Origin: Thermoanaerobaculia bacterium
GTDB taxonomy: Bacteria; Acidobacteriota; Thermoanaerobaculia; UBA5066
Assembly: GCA_963816185.1 (NCBI GenBank)
Contig: CAWFJJ010000024.1
Location: forward strand, 576,001-640,000
Length of the DNA: 64,000 nt
Direction of reading: 5' to 3'
The translations under genes and the position numbers were made by a program. The notes beneath the pieces are model-generated. The model saw only the letters and a list, made by a program, of their open reading frames with translations. It was not told the DNA's origin and searched no databases. This document shows positions 37,431-47,716 of the stretch, piece after piece; the stretch's first letter is position 1, and each line of letters starts with the position of its first letter.

Positions 37431-40190
37431 GTGACGGTCGCACCCGGCACGCTGGGACCGTACGAGGTCGTCGCCCTGCTCGGAACGGGGGGAATGGGAG
37501 AGGTCTACAGGGCGAAGGACACGCGCGTCGACCGGACGGTCGCGCTGAAGGTACTGCCGGAAGAGTTCTTCGAAGACAGTGAAAGGCGCGGGCGCTTCGA
37601 GCGCGAGGCGAAGCTGCTGGCGAGCCTGAATCACAACGGCATCGCCGTTCTTTACTCATTCGAAGAAATCTCCGGACGACACGTCCTGAGCATGGAGCTC
37701 GTCGAGGGAGACGACCTCGCCCAGCGCATTTCCTCCGGTCCTCTTTCACTCGAAGAATCTCTTTCTTTCGCCCGTCAGATCGCCGAGGCTCTGGAGGCGG
37801 CTCACGAGAAGGGGATCGTCCACCGCGACCTCAAGCCCGCGAACGTCAAGGTCACTCCCGACGGGCGCGTGAAGCTCCTCGACTTCGGCCTTGCAAAGAT
37901 CTTCGAGGGAAAAAGAGACTCCTCGAAAGGGGGTTCGGAGAAAGGCCTGACGCAATCCCCCACGCTCACAGCTCGGGCAACAGCCGCGGGGATCATTCTC
38001 GGCACCGCGGCCTACATGAGCCCGGAGCAGGCACGCGGCAAGACGGTCGACAAACGGACGGACGTCTGGGCGTTCGGGTGCGTGCTCTACGAAATGCTGA
38101 CGGGGAAGAGAGCCTTCGAAGGAGAGACCGTCTCCGACACGCTCGTCTCAATTCTCAAGGAGGACCCGAACTGGACGGCGCTGCCGGAGCAGACGCCGGC
38201 CGCTGTCAGAAGAATTCTTAGAAGGTGCCTGCAGCGCGACGCGAGGCTGAGGCTGCACGACATCGCCGATGCGCGGCTGGACCTCGAGGAGACGGCCGTC
38301 GCGGCAAGCTCGTCTTTCTCATTACCCTTCGAAGAAAAGACCGCGTTGCCCAGTCCCACTGTAGGTCGAAGCGATCTAACGAGTCGTGAGCGAGGGAGCA
38401 GGCTCTCTCGCATTCTTCCCTGGGGAGCCGCGGCCGTCCTGGCGGTTGTTGCTGCGATTGCCGGCGTCTCGTATTTCCGAGTCATATCGAAACCGGGACC
38501 GGTGATGCGATTCTCAATCCTGCCCCAGGCCGGCGGCCGGTTCTACTCCCGTGCGTCGGCGCTCGCACTGTCTCCCGACGGCGCGCGATTGGCGTACACG
38601 TACAGCTCCGCTACATCCCGCCGCCTCTATCTGCGAGCGTTGGATCGGGCGGAGGCTCTTGCGCTGGAGGGAACGGAAGGCTCGGCCGCCCCTTTCTTCT
38701 CCCCGGACGGACGCTGGATCGGCTTCTTCGCCGACGGGAAGCTCAAGAAGATCTCGGTCTTCGGCGGGGCTCCGATCACGATCTGTGATGCCCCGGACGA
38801 GCGCGGGGCCGACTGGGGGCCGGACGACACCATCTTGTTCACGCCGACGCCGAGCAGCCCCCTGGAACGGGTCTCGGCATCTGGAGGAGCCACGAAGGAG
38901 GTGACGAAGCTCGGAGGTCCGCCGGAGAGAAATTCGCGTTCCCACCGGTTTCCGGCTTTCCTTCCGGGTGGGAAGGAGGCTCTGTTCGACGTCGTGTACC
39001 CCGCGGGGAACCCCCTGGACAATGCCGACATCGCGGCCGTTTCGCTCGATACGGGCGAGTACAAGGTTCTGCTCCACGGGGGAACTCGCCCGCGCTACGT
39101 TTCGCCGGGATACATCGTCTATGCGCATGGATCCGACCTGCTGGCCGTGCCGTTTGATCGATCGCGCCTCGTCGTCACGGGCCCGACGGTGACCGTCGTG
39201 AAGGGCGTTGCAACGTACTACGGGAGCGGCTCGGCCGATTTCGCGATCTCGGAAACGGGAACGTTGACGTATCTCCCGGCCAGCGCGAATGCGCGCCCGA
39301 AGGGAAAGCTCGTCTGGGTGAGCCGGCAAGGCAGAGCGCAGCCCATCTCCCAGGCGATCCACGTGTATTCCAATCCGCGACTCCTGCCAGGCGATCGACG
39401 ACTGGTCGTCGACGTGGACGACGACGTACCCGGAATCTGGTCCTACGACATCGCCCGCGACACCCTGAGCCCGCTCGCGATCGAAGGAGAAAATCGCTTC
39501 CCGGTCGTATCGCGGGACGGGAAGGAGATCGCTTACGTCTCGATCCGAACCGGGTCGGAGGGGATCTTTTCGGAGGGGATGTTCGTGCGTGAATTAGACG
39601 GGCGCGGGGTCGAACGACGCCTGACCAGGACCACGACCCTGCAGAGGCCGGATTCCTTCTCGCCCGACGGGAAGCTGCTCGCGTTCACGGACGGGTCGGC
39701 CACACAGACTCTCCTCAAGCTCCTGCCGCTCGAAGGAGCTTCGGTCCCTACGCCTCTTCTGCCGGGGGCGGGGAACCGGAGCGCGGCGGCAATTTCTCCC
39801 GATGGCGGCCGGGTTGCCTATGTCTCGGATGAGTCCGGACGGAACGAAATTTACCTGGAGGCGTTTCCGCGAGGGGGCGAGCGAGCCCAGATTTCTTCCG
39901 ATGGAGGCGTCGCGCCGGTCTGGTCCCACGGCGGAGGCGAGCTCTTCTATCGCCACGGAGATCAATTGATGGCCGTGGTCGTGAAGTCGGGACCCCCGTT
40001 GAGCGTGGGGAAGCCACAGGAGCTCTTCGAGGGCGAAGGCGCGCCCGACTTCGACGTCTCCGAGGACGGTAAGAGATTTCTCATGATTCAGGCGGCCGGG
40101 CCAGGCTCGGCATGGGGGGCGCCGAGGCTGGAAGTGATCCTGAACTGGTTCGAGGAACTTCGCCGGATCGCTGGAAGCTCGGCGCGATGA
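37431..40190 (+). CDS. Ser/Thr kinase-TM-PD40 receptor K5
   Basis: Kinase motifs, TM, propeller. Confidence 0.93.
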   Translation: MTVAPGTLGPYEVVALLGTGGMGEVYRAKDTRVDRTVALKVLPEEFFEDSERRGRFEREAKLLASLNHNGIAVLYSFEEISGRHVLSMELVEGDDLAQRISSGPLSLEESLSFARQIAEALEAAHEKGIVHRDLKPANVKVTPDGRVKLLDFGLAKIFEGKRDSSKGGSEKGLTQSPTLTARATAAGIILGTAAYMSPEQARGKTVDKRTDVWAFGCVLYEMLTGKRAFEGETVSDTLVSILKEDPNWTALPEQTPAAVRRILRRCLQRDARLRLHDIADARLDLEETAVAASSSFSLPFEEKTALPSPTVGRSDLTSRERGSRLSRILPWGAAAVLAVVAAIAGVSYFRVISKPGPVMRFSILPQAGGRFYSRASALALSPDGARLAYTYSSATSRRLYLRALDRAEALALEGTEGSAAPFFSPDGRWIGFFADGKLKKISVFGGAPITICDAPDERGADWGPDDTILFTPTPSSPLERVSASGGATKEVTKLGGPPERNSRSHRFPAFLPGGKEALFDVVYPAGNPLDNADIAAVSLDTGEYKVLLHGGTRPRYVSPGYIVYAHGSDLLAVPFDRSRLVVTGPTVTVVKGVATYYGSGSADFAISETGTLTYLPASANARPKGKLVWVSRQGRAQPISQAIHVYSNPRLLPGDRRLVVDVDDDVPGIWSYDIARDTLSPLAIEGENRFPVVSRDGKEIAYVSIRTGSEGIFSEGMFVRELDGRGVERRLTRTTTLQRPDSFSPDGKLLAFTDGSATQTLLKLLPLEGASVPTPLLPGAGNRSAAAISPDGGRVAYVSDESGRNEIYLEAFPRGGERAQISSDGGVAPVWSHGGGELFYRHGDQLMAVVVKSGPPLSVGKPQELFEGEGAPDFDVSEDGKRFLMIQAAGPGSAWGAPRLEVILNWFEELRRIAGSSAR

Positions 40191-40242
40191 CGATTGACGT
40201 GAAGAGGAGTCGGCAGTCGGCCCTCGACAGTCGACAGTTGTT

Positions 40243-43020
40243 ATGACGCTCTCACCCGGCACACGTCTGGGGGCCTACGAGCTCCTCTCACCCCTCGGCG
40301 CGGGCGGGATGGGGGAGGTGTACCGGGCGAAGGACGCGAGGCTCGCGAGAGACGTCGCGATCAAGGTGCTGCCGGAAGAATTCTTCGAAGGTGAAGAGAG
40401 AAGGCAGAGGTTCGAGCGCGAGGCGAAACTGCTGGCCTCGCTGAACCATCCGAACATCGCCGCCATTCATTCATTCGAAGAAATCCCCGGTGTTTCTTCT
40501 TCCTCTTCCCGCCACCTGCTCGTCATGGAACTCGTCGAAGGCGAGGGGCTCGAACAGAAGATCGCTTCCGGCCCTCTTCCACTCGAAGAATCTCTTTCTT
40601 ACGCGAAGCAGATCGCCGAGGCGTTGGAAGCGGCGCACGAGAAGGGGATCGTCCACCGCGACCTCAAGCCCGCAAACGTCAAGATCACGCACGACGGGCG
40701 CGTCAAGCTCCTCGACTTCGGCCTCGCGAAAATCTTCGAGGGCGACGGAAAGACGGCCTCGGGGGGAGGCCTGACACAGTCGCCGACGCTCACGGCGCGA
40801 GCGACCGCCGCGGGAATCATCCTCGGGACCGCGGCGTACATGTCTCCGGAACAGGCGCGGGGGAAGCCGGTCGACAAGAGGACGGACGTCTGGGCGTTCG
40901 GGTGCGTGCTGTACGAGATGCTGACCGGAAAGAGGGCCTTCGAAGGGGAGACCGTCAGCGACACGCTCGCGGCGGTGCTCATGAAGGAGCCGGACTGGAC
41001 GGCGCTGCCGGAGCAGACGCCGGCGGCCGTAAGAAAGATTCTTAGAAGGTGCTTGCAGCGCGACGCGCGGCTGAGGCTGCACGACATCGCCGACGCGCGG
41101 CTGGACCTCGAGGAGTTAGGCGCACCGGGCTCATCAGCCACATCCGGCTATTCACTCCTCGAAGAAAAACAAGCGGTTCCGAGCCCCACTGTAGCAAGTG
41201 CAGAACGAACGAGTCGCGAGAGAGGGAGCAAGACTTTCTTTTCTCTCTATCTCCCCTGGGTGATTGCGGCCGCATTCGCGGCCGCGGCGGGGGCGTTCGT
41301 GCTCCGCGCTCGCGCCCCGGCGCCGCGGCCTCTCCTCGTGAAGCCGCTGACCGATTCCGGCCGCGACTGGTTTCCCTCGGCTTCCCCGGACGGGAAACTC
41401 GTGGCCTTCGTCTCCGATCGCGACGGCAAGGAGCGGATCTGGCTCAAGCAGATGCCGGACGGCGACGAGCTGCCCCTGACGGCGGGTCCGGACGATCGGC
41501 CGCGCTTTTCTCCGGATGGCAGCTCCCTTCTCTTCGCGCGCCGGGAAGCCGGCGGCACGTCCCTCTATCGAGTGGGCGTCCTGGGAGGGGAGCCCCGGCG
41601 GCTCGTCGCCGGCGCGACCGACGGCGCCTGGTCGAGCGACGGAGTGCGGCTCGTCTGGGTCCGCGAAGGGCAGGAAAAGGGGCAGCAGGTCTGGACGCTC
41701 ACCGTCGGCACGGCCGACGGCGGAGAACCCCGCGAGATCTACAGGTCCACGGCCGTCCCCTTCGACTGGCCGGCGTGGTCGCCCGACGGGAAGTGGATCC
41801 TCTGTTTTCCGCATGCGCTCGGGACCGCCTCGTTGAGCGCGGGACCGCTCCTCGTGGCCGCCGACGGGAGCGGGGGGCACGACGTCGGAACCGGGCGCAC
41901 GGCGCAGCTCTCGGCGGCGGCGTGGTTCGGAACGGGCCGTGAAGCCCTGGTCGCCCGCGCTGCTCCCGTCCTGAGCCTGTTCGAAGCCGCCTCCTGCACG
42001 ATCGAGAGGATCGTCGCGGCGACCGGCGAGCACTCTCCCGTCCTCGAGAGTCCGAGCCGCGTCTGGTCAATCGACGTCCTCGGCCCCGGCCGCATCGTTT
42101 TCGACGCCAACTCGAATCGCGTGAATCTCCGCGAGGTTCCGGCGGCAGGCCCGAGCGCTCCGGGTGTCTGGCTCAGTCGCGGTCTCGGGATGCACCGGCA
42201 GCCCCGGTACTCTCCCGACGGGGAGTGGATCGTCTACTCGGCGCTGCGCGGCGGCAATGTCGACGTCTGGAGCCTCCAGCCTCGCACGGGCTCCGTCCGT
42301 CGCCTGACCGACAGCGCCGCCGTGGACTACGACCCCGCGTTCACGCCGGACGGAAAGCACCTGATCTTCAGTTCGGACCGCTCGGGTCACTTCGAGATCT
42401 GGATGGCGGACGCGGACGGCAGCGGGGCGCGGCAGGTCACCCACGACGGCGTCGACGCGGAGAACGCGACGGCCACTCCCGACGGAGCGTGGATCGTCTA
42501 TTCATCCGCCGACCCCAAGAAATTCGGGATCTGGAAGGTCCGCCCCGACGGCCGCGAGCCGACGTTGCTCTTCTCCGGTCTCGGGGAATGGCCCGAGGTG
42601 TCGCCGGACGGCCGGTACGCCTTGTTTACTTTCGCGCGTTTGACGGAGGAGAGCGCCATCAAAGTGGTCCGGATCCCGGACGCGACACTCGTTCCATTCT
42701 CGATTCGCCTGGGCGCCACGACGCGGCGCGCGGAGGCGATCTCCGGGCGAGCGCGCTGGATGCCCGACGGCAAAGGCATCGCGTTCGTCTCCGTCGACGG
42801 CAAAGGGAGGTCGGGGGTCTTCGTTCAGGAATTTCAGCCCGGCGGGGACACGGCGGCGACGCGCCGTCCGCTCGCCGGCTTCGAGCCGGACTGGGCGCCG
42901 GAGACATTCGCCGTCGCGCCCGACGGAAAGATGCTCTGCCTCGCGGAATGGGAGCAGGTTTCGAGCCTGATGACGGCCGACGGTGTCCCCGGGGTGGACC
43001 GCGTGAAAACCGCTCGATGA
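40243..43020 (+). CDS. Ser/Thr kinase-TM-PD40 receptor K6
   Basis: Kinase motifs; TolB-like propeller (FSSDRSGHFEIW). Confidence 0.93.
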   Translation: MTLSPGTRLGAYELLSPLGAGGMGEVYRAKDARLARDVAIKVLPEEFFEGEERRQRFEREAKLLASLNHPNIAAIHSFEEIPGVSSSSSRHLLVMELVEGEGLEQKIASGPLPLEESLSYAKQIAEALEAAHEKGIVHRDLKPANVKITHDGRVKLLDFGLAKIFEGDGKTASGGGLTQSPTLTARATAAGIILGTAAYMSPEQARGKPVDKRTDVWAFGCVLYEMLTGKRAFEGETVSDTLAAVLMKEPDWTALPEQTPAAVRKILRRCLQRDARLRLHDIADARLDLEELGAPGSSATSGYSLLEEKQAVPSPTVASAERTSRERGSKTFFSLYLPWVIAAAFAAAAGAFVLRARAPAPRPLLVKPLTDSGRDWFPSASPDGKLVAFVSDRDGKERIWLKQMPDGDELPLTAGPDDRPRFSPDGSSLLFARREAGGTSLYRVGVLGGEPRRLVAGATDGAWSSDGVRLVWVREGQEKGQQVWTLTVGTADGGEPREIYRSTAVPFDWPAWSPDGKWILCFPHALGTASLSAGPLLVAADGSGGHDVGTGRTAQLSAAAWFGTGREALVARAAPVLSLFEAASCTIERIVAATGEHSPVLESPSRVWSIDVLGPGRIVFDANSNRVNLREVPAAGPSAPGVWLSRGLGMHRQPRYSPDGEWIVYSALRGGNVDVWSLQPRTGSVRRLTDSAAVDYDPAFTPDGKHLIFSSDRSGHFEIWMADADGSGARQVTHDGVDAENATATPDGAWIVYSSADPKKFGIWKVRPDGREPTLLFSGLGEWPEVSPDGRYALFTFARLTEESAIKVVRIPDATLVPFSIRLGATTRRAEAISGRARWMPDGKGIAFVSVDGKGRSGVFVQEFQPGGDTAATRRPLAGFEPDWAPETFAVAPDGKMLCLAEWEQVSSLMTADGVPGVDRVKTAR

Positions 43021-43030
43021 GGAAAGCGGC

Positions 43031-43102
43031 GTGATGCTCGCCTCCGGAACGAGGCTCGGAGCCTACGAAATCCTCGGAGCGACAACGAAGCTCGGTGCTT
43101 AG
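43031..43102 (+). pseudogene. 5' stub of an eighth array kinase
   Basis: GTG ATG LASGTRLGAYEILGATTKLGA* matches the kinase N-terminus for about 15 codons, then diverges. Confidence 0.75.
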
Positions 43103-43119
43103 GAAATCCTTTACTGCGT

Positions 43120-43977
43120 CTACTGTGTCGCGGGAAGAACGATCGCCTTCTCCCCGAATCCGCAGTCAGGATGCCCGAAGCCGCTGGCGCTGTTATCGAC
43201 CGCGTCATGTTTGTTCGCGGGATTGATGTCGTAGATGATGTTGTCCTGGCGCGGTGACGGGCTCAATCCCCGGACACCGGCCGTCGTCAGGCGATCGAGA
43301 CCCAGGGCATGGCGGGTCCGCCACGCGATGTTGTGGTCCGCGCACGAGGTATCGCCGCTCACGCCGATGGCGCCGACCTTCTTGCCGCTGGCGTCATACA
43401 GCCCGAGGCCGCCTCCGAACACGTTTACGCCCCCGATGAACTGACCGACGAGCGGATCCTGCGGAGTTCCGTACTTGGCCGCATCTCCGCCCGCATCCGC
43501 GCGGCTCCCGTAGGCAACTGCCGGATCGACCGGATTCGAGAACTGCAGCCCGAACAGGCTGCCGCCGGGCTGGGCCTGCGTCCAGAGGTTGGCGGTGGAC
43601 AGCGCATCCACGGTACCGCCCACTCCGGCCGGAAGGTTGAACGCTGCCGCTGTGTTGGCCTTCTGCGCCGAGATCACACGGCTTCCGGGCCATTGGCTGA
43701 TCCGGGTGGGACCGGTGAAGGTAACGGCGCAGACCTTGCCGTCCTGGTCGACGATCGTTGCCCACATGTGATTGCCCAGTCCGCCATTGCTCGCCTTGTT
43801 CGGCGCCACACTCTTGAGGGCGGTCGTCAGAGCCGTGTGGATCGCGCCCTGATTGCCCAGGCCGAGCGCGGCACACGCGTCACCGGCGCGCGCAGAGCCC
43901 GCCGGCAAAGTCAGCGTGATCAACGATGCGAGGCCCAGAGCCAGAAAGCGCGGCCTGCACTCGAGCGTTGTCCTCAC
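43120..43977 (-). CDS. Secreted GlcG/HbpS (DUF336) heme-binding family protein
   Basis: MWATIVDQDG, ISAQKANTA, GGVNVFGGGLGLY...VGAIGVSG; GAGGAGG RBS before GTG 43977. Confidence 0.85.
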   Translation of the reverse strand: MRTTLECRPRFLALGLASLITLTLPAGSARAGDACAALGLGNQGAIHTALTTALKSVAPNKASNGGLGNHMWATIVDQDGKVCAVTFTGPTRISQWPGSRVISAQKANTAAAFNLPAGVGGTVDALSTANLWTQAQPGGSLFGLQFSNPVDPAVAYGSRADAGGDAAKYGTPQDPLVGQFIGGVNVFGGGLGLYDASGKKVGAIGVSGDTSCADHNIAWRTRHALGLDRLTTAGVRGLSPSPRQDNIIYDINPANKHDAVDNSASGFGHPDCGFGEKAIVLPATQ

Positions 43978-44065
43978 GGGGCACCTCCTCGGCAAGATCC
44001 TAGGTCTCAGTCGCAACGAGTGTCAAACCACTCGCGCGGCCGCCCCTATACTTCCGTGAAATTTG

Positions 44066-46894
44066 ATGCCGCTTTCTCCTGGCACACGTCTGGGTCCCTA
44101 CGAGCTCCTCTCACCCCTCGGCGCGGGCGGGATGGGGGAGGTCTACCGGGCGAAGGACGCGAGGCTCGCGAGAGACGTCGCGATCAAGGTACTGCCGGAA
44201 GAATTCTTCGAAGGTGAAGAGAGAAGGCAGAGGTTCGAGCGCGAGGCGAAGCTGCTGGCCTCGCTGAACCATCCGAACATCGCCGCCATTCATTCATTCG
44301 AAGAAATCCCCGGTGTTTCTTCGTCCTCTTCCCGCCACCTGCTCGTCATGGAGCTCGTCGAAGGCGAGGGGCTCGAACAGAAGATCGCTTCCGGCCCTCT
44401 TCCACTCGACGAATCTCTTTCTTACGCGAAGCAGATCGCCGAGGCGTTGGAAGCGGCGCACGAGAAGGGGATCGTCCACCGCGACCTCAAGCCCGCGAAC
44501 GTCAAGATCACGCACGACGGGCGCGTCAAGCTCCTCGACTTCGGGCTCGCAAAGATCTTCGAGGGCGACGGCAGCCCCGGCTCCGCGCCCTCGGTGACGC
44601 ATTCCCCGACGCTCACCGCCCGGGCCACGGCTGCGGGCGTGATCCTCGGGACGGCCGCATACATGAGTCCCGAGCAGGCCCGCGGCAAGCATCTCGACAA
44701 GCGGACCGACGTGTGGGCGTTCGGGTGCGTGCTGTACGAGATGCTGACCGGAAAGAGGGCCTTCGAAGGGGAGACCGTCAGCGACACGCTCGCGGCGATC
44801 CTCAAGGAAGACCCCAACTGGGCGGCGCTGCCTGAGCAGACACCTGCCGCTGTCAGGAGAATTCTTAGAAGGTGCCTGCAGCGCGACGCGAGGCTAAGGC
44901 TGCACGACATCGCCGATGCGCGGCTGGACCTCGAGGAGACGGCCGTCGCGGCAAGCTCGTCTTCCTCATTACCCTTCGAAGAAAAGACCGCGTTGCCCAG
45001 TCTCACTAAGGTAGCTACCGGGGAACGAACGAGTCGCGAGAGAGGGAGCAAGACTTCTCTCTATCTCTCCTGGGCGATTGCGGCCGCATTCGCGGCCGCT
45101 GCAGGAGCGCTCGCGCTTCGCGCTCGCGCTCCGCGGGCGGCGACCGCAATCCGCGGGCAGCTCTTGCTGTCGTCGGAAGAGCTGATGGACGGCGTCGGCG
45201 CCGCCGTCGTCGTTTCGCCCGACGGCCCCCGCCTCGCATACGTCACGAAGGGTGCCCGGCCGAGACTCTATCTGAGACCCTTGGACCAGCTCACGCCCGT
45301 CGAGGTGCCGGAGTCGGACGGCGCCGTCTGCCCGTTCTTCTCCCCGGATGGGAAATGGGTCGCGTTTTTCGCGGGTGGCAAGCTGCACAAGGCCCCGATA
45401 TCGGGTGGCGTGCCGGCAACGATCTGCTCCGCGCCCATCCCTCGTGGAGGCGCCTGGGTGTCCGAAGACACGATCGTGTTCGCGCCGCGGACGGTGGGCG
45501 GTCTTGCCGTGGTGTCGGCCTCCGGGGGCGAACCGAGAATCCTGACGAATGTGGACGTCGGCGCGCGCGAGCGGTCCCATCGCTGGCCCGCGGCCCTGCC
45601 CGGCGGCAAGGCCGTGCTGTTCTCGACGCAGTTCTCCGGCACCGATTACGACGACGGAGCCATCGAGATGGTGGACATCTCCACCGGGAAGCGGACGGTG
45701 GTGCACAGGGGGGGCTCGTTTCCGCGCTGGTCTCCGTCCGGCCATATCCTCTTTGCCCGGAGGGGGACGATCTACGCTGCGCCGTTCGACGTCTCGCGGG
45801 CGAGACTCACGGGGCGCCCCGTTCCGGTCCTCGAAAAAGTCTTCTCCTCCACGGGCGGGGAGGCACCATCGGACGGCAGCGCACAGATCGACGTCTCGTC
45901 CTCGGGGTTCTGCGCGTATCGCACGGGCGAGCCGGAGACGCTGTTCTCGCTCGCGCTCGTCGATCGCAAGGGCGGTATCCTCCGCAGGACGAGCCCTCCG
46001 CGGGGGTATGCGTGGACGCGCTTCTCGCCCGATGGGACGCGCGCCGCCATTCAGATCAGCGGGCCGAGCCAGTCCGACATCTGGATCTACGACGTCTCGC
46101 GCGACGCGTTCTCCAAGCTCACGTTCGAAGGAGACAACGTTGGAGCGGTCTGGAGCCCGGACGGGCGCGACGTCGTCTTCGCGTCGGACCGCGACCGCGA
46201 GCTCGTCGCGCAGCCGGGGGGCTCGTCGGTGACGCTGCGCGGCATCTACCGGAAGCGCGCGGACGGCTCGGGGCCCGTGCGCCTTCTGTTCAAGTTTGCG
46301 GGAGTCCTGGCTCCAACGGGGTTCTCGCCCGACGCACGGATGCTCGCGTTCCAGGCCACTCGGGTGGAGACCCAGACCGATGTCGGCGTCATCCGCCTCA
46401 AAGGGGACGTGGCCGACGGGGAGCCCCAGATGATCGTGGCCGGCCCCGCGAACGAGGCGGTTGGAGTCTTTTCTCCCGACGGGCGCTGGCTCGCTTACGA
46501 ATCGACCGACGGCGGGCTCGGGTACGTCTACCTTCGGAACGCCGCAGGCGGAGACGCCAAGTGGCAGGTCTCGGACGAAATGGGCTCCAGCCCGCGCTGG
46601 AGTCGCGACGGGACGCTCTACTTCGTGCGCCGGGATGATGCAGCCGTCGTCGCCACGCGCGTGGCCGCGGAGGGCGGCGCTCCCGTCTTCGGGAAGGAAG
46701 AGCGTCTCTTCAAACTCTCGTCGTTCGAGGCCGGGAGCCAGGTCGTCGCGGGGTGGGACGTCTCCCCGGACGGCCAGAGGTTCGTGACCCTGATACGCGA
46801 GGGCGCCGCGAACACGCCTGATGTCAACCACGTCACGCTCGCGTCGGACTTCGCGGCGGAGCTCGAGCGCCTGGTTCCCACGGGAGGGAAGTGA
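44066..46894 (+). CDS. Ser/Thr kinase-TM-PD40 receptor K7
   Basis: Kinase motifs; first ~490 nt nearly identical to K6. Confidence 0.93.
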   Translation: MPLSPGTRLGPYELLSPLGAGGMGEVYRAKDARLARDVAIKVLPEEFFEGEERRQRFEREAKLLASLNHPNIAAIHSFEEIPGVSSSSSRHLLVMELVEGEGLEQKIASGPLPLDESLSYAKQIAEALEAAHEKGIVHRDLKPANVKITHDGRVKLLDFGLAKIFEGDGSPGSAPSVTHSPTLTARATAAGVILGTAAYMSPEQARGKHLDKRTDVWAFGCVLYEMLTGKRAFEGETVSDTLAAILKEDPNWAALPEQTPAAVRRILRRCLQRDARLRLHDIADARLDLEETAVAASSSSSLPFEEKTALPSLTKVATGERTSRERGSKTSLYLSWAIAAAFAAAAGALALRARAPRAATAIRGQLLLSSEELMDGVGAAVVVSPDGPRLAYVTKGARPRLYLRPLDQLTPVEVPESDGAVCPFFSPDGKWVAFFAGGKLHKAPISGGVPATICSAPIPRGGAWVSEDTIVFAPRTVGGLAVVSASGGEPRILTNVDVGARERSHRWPAALPGGKAVLFSTQFSGTDYDDGAIEMVDISTGKRTVVHRGGSFPRWSPSGHILFARRGTIYAAPFDVSRARLTGRPVPVLEKVFSSTGGEAPSDGSAQIDVSSSGFCAYRTGEPETLFSLALVDRKGGILRRTSPPRGYAWTRFSPDGTRAAIQISGPSQSDIWIYDVSRDAFSKLTFEGDNVGAVWSPDGRDVVFASDRDRELVAQPGGSSVTLRGIYRKRADGSGPVRLLFKFAGVLAPTGFSPDARMLAFQATRVETQTDVGVIRLKGDVADGEPQMIVAGPANEAVGVFSPDGRWLAYESTDGGLGYVYLRNAAGGDAKWQVSDEMGSSPRWSRDGTLYFVRRDDAAVVATRVAAEGGAPVFGKEERLFKLSSFEAGSQVVAGWDVSPDGQRFVTLIREGAANTPDVNHVTLASDFAAELERLVPTGGK

Positions 46895-47275
46895 CGGTGA
46901 ACACCCGCGCTCTCGGTCTTGCCGGGTCTCGCGTCTCCGCGATCGGCCTCGGCTGCATGGGCATGTCCGACCTCTACGGCCCGGCCGACAGGAGCGAGAG
47001 CATCGCCACGATCCATGCCTCACTCGACGCGGGAATCACGCTCCTGGACACCGGCGACTTGTACGGGGTGGGGCACAACGAGCTGCTGTTCAACGAGGCG
47101 CTGCGGGGCCGGCGCCCGCGAAGGTTTCGTGAGCGTCAAATTCGGGGCGCTCGCGCTCGACCTGAGCGCGGGGGACCTCGCGGAAATCGAGCGCGCCGTG
47201 CCGCCGGGGTCCGCCGCGGGCGACCGTTACGACGCCCACTCGATGAAGCTGCTCGACAGCGAGCGCGACGCGTGA
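46891..47275 (+). pseudogene. Aldo/keto reductase pseudogene (large internal deletion and frameshift)
   Basis: N-terminal IGLGCMGMS...[14 protein letters not shown], frameshift near 47120, then VSVKFGAL joined directly to the C-terminal [17 protein letters not shown]...GDRY. Confidence 0.85.
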
Positions 47276-47349
47276 GCGGGAGATCCCGGGCCGATGTTTC
47301 GCTGGATTTCGCCAGCCGCTTCTGAGAAGCTTGAGCGAAAGAACGCGCG

Positions 47350-47685
47350 ATGGAGCTGAGCACGGCGCAGGATGGGCGTGTCACGGTCTTGACCGTGAAG
47401 GGCGATCTCGTGATCGGCGAGGCCGAGGCTCTGTTCAAGAGAACCGTCATGAGCCTGCTCGAAGAAGGGAAGGTCGACCTTCTGATCGATTGCTCGGATC
47501 TGCGCATCGTGGATTCGACCGGTCTCGGCGCGCTCGTGCGTGCTCTCACGACGTCGCAGAACGACAGGGGCCGCGCCAAGCTCCTCGGAGTCGGTCCCCA
47601 CCTGAAGAAGCTCCTCGAGATCACGAGGCTCGATTCGGTCTTCGAGACTTTTGACAACCGCGAGCGAGCCGTCTCCAGCTTCTGA
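47350..47685 (+). CDS. STAS-domain anti-anti-sigma factor
   Basis: VKGDL...IDCSDLRIVDSTGLGALV...LLEITRLDSVFETF. Confidence 0.92.
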   Translation: MELSTAQDGRVTVLTVKGDLVIGEAEALFKRTVMSLLEEGKVDLLIDCSDLRIVDSTGLGALVRALTTSQNDRGRAKLLGVGPHLKKLLEITRLDSVFETFDNRERAVSSF

Positions 47686-47716
47686 ATCGAACGAGGGCCG
47701 CGAACCGCGCGGGACG

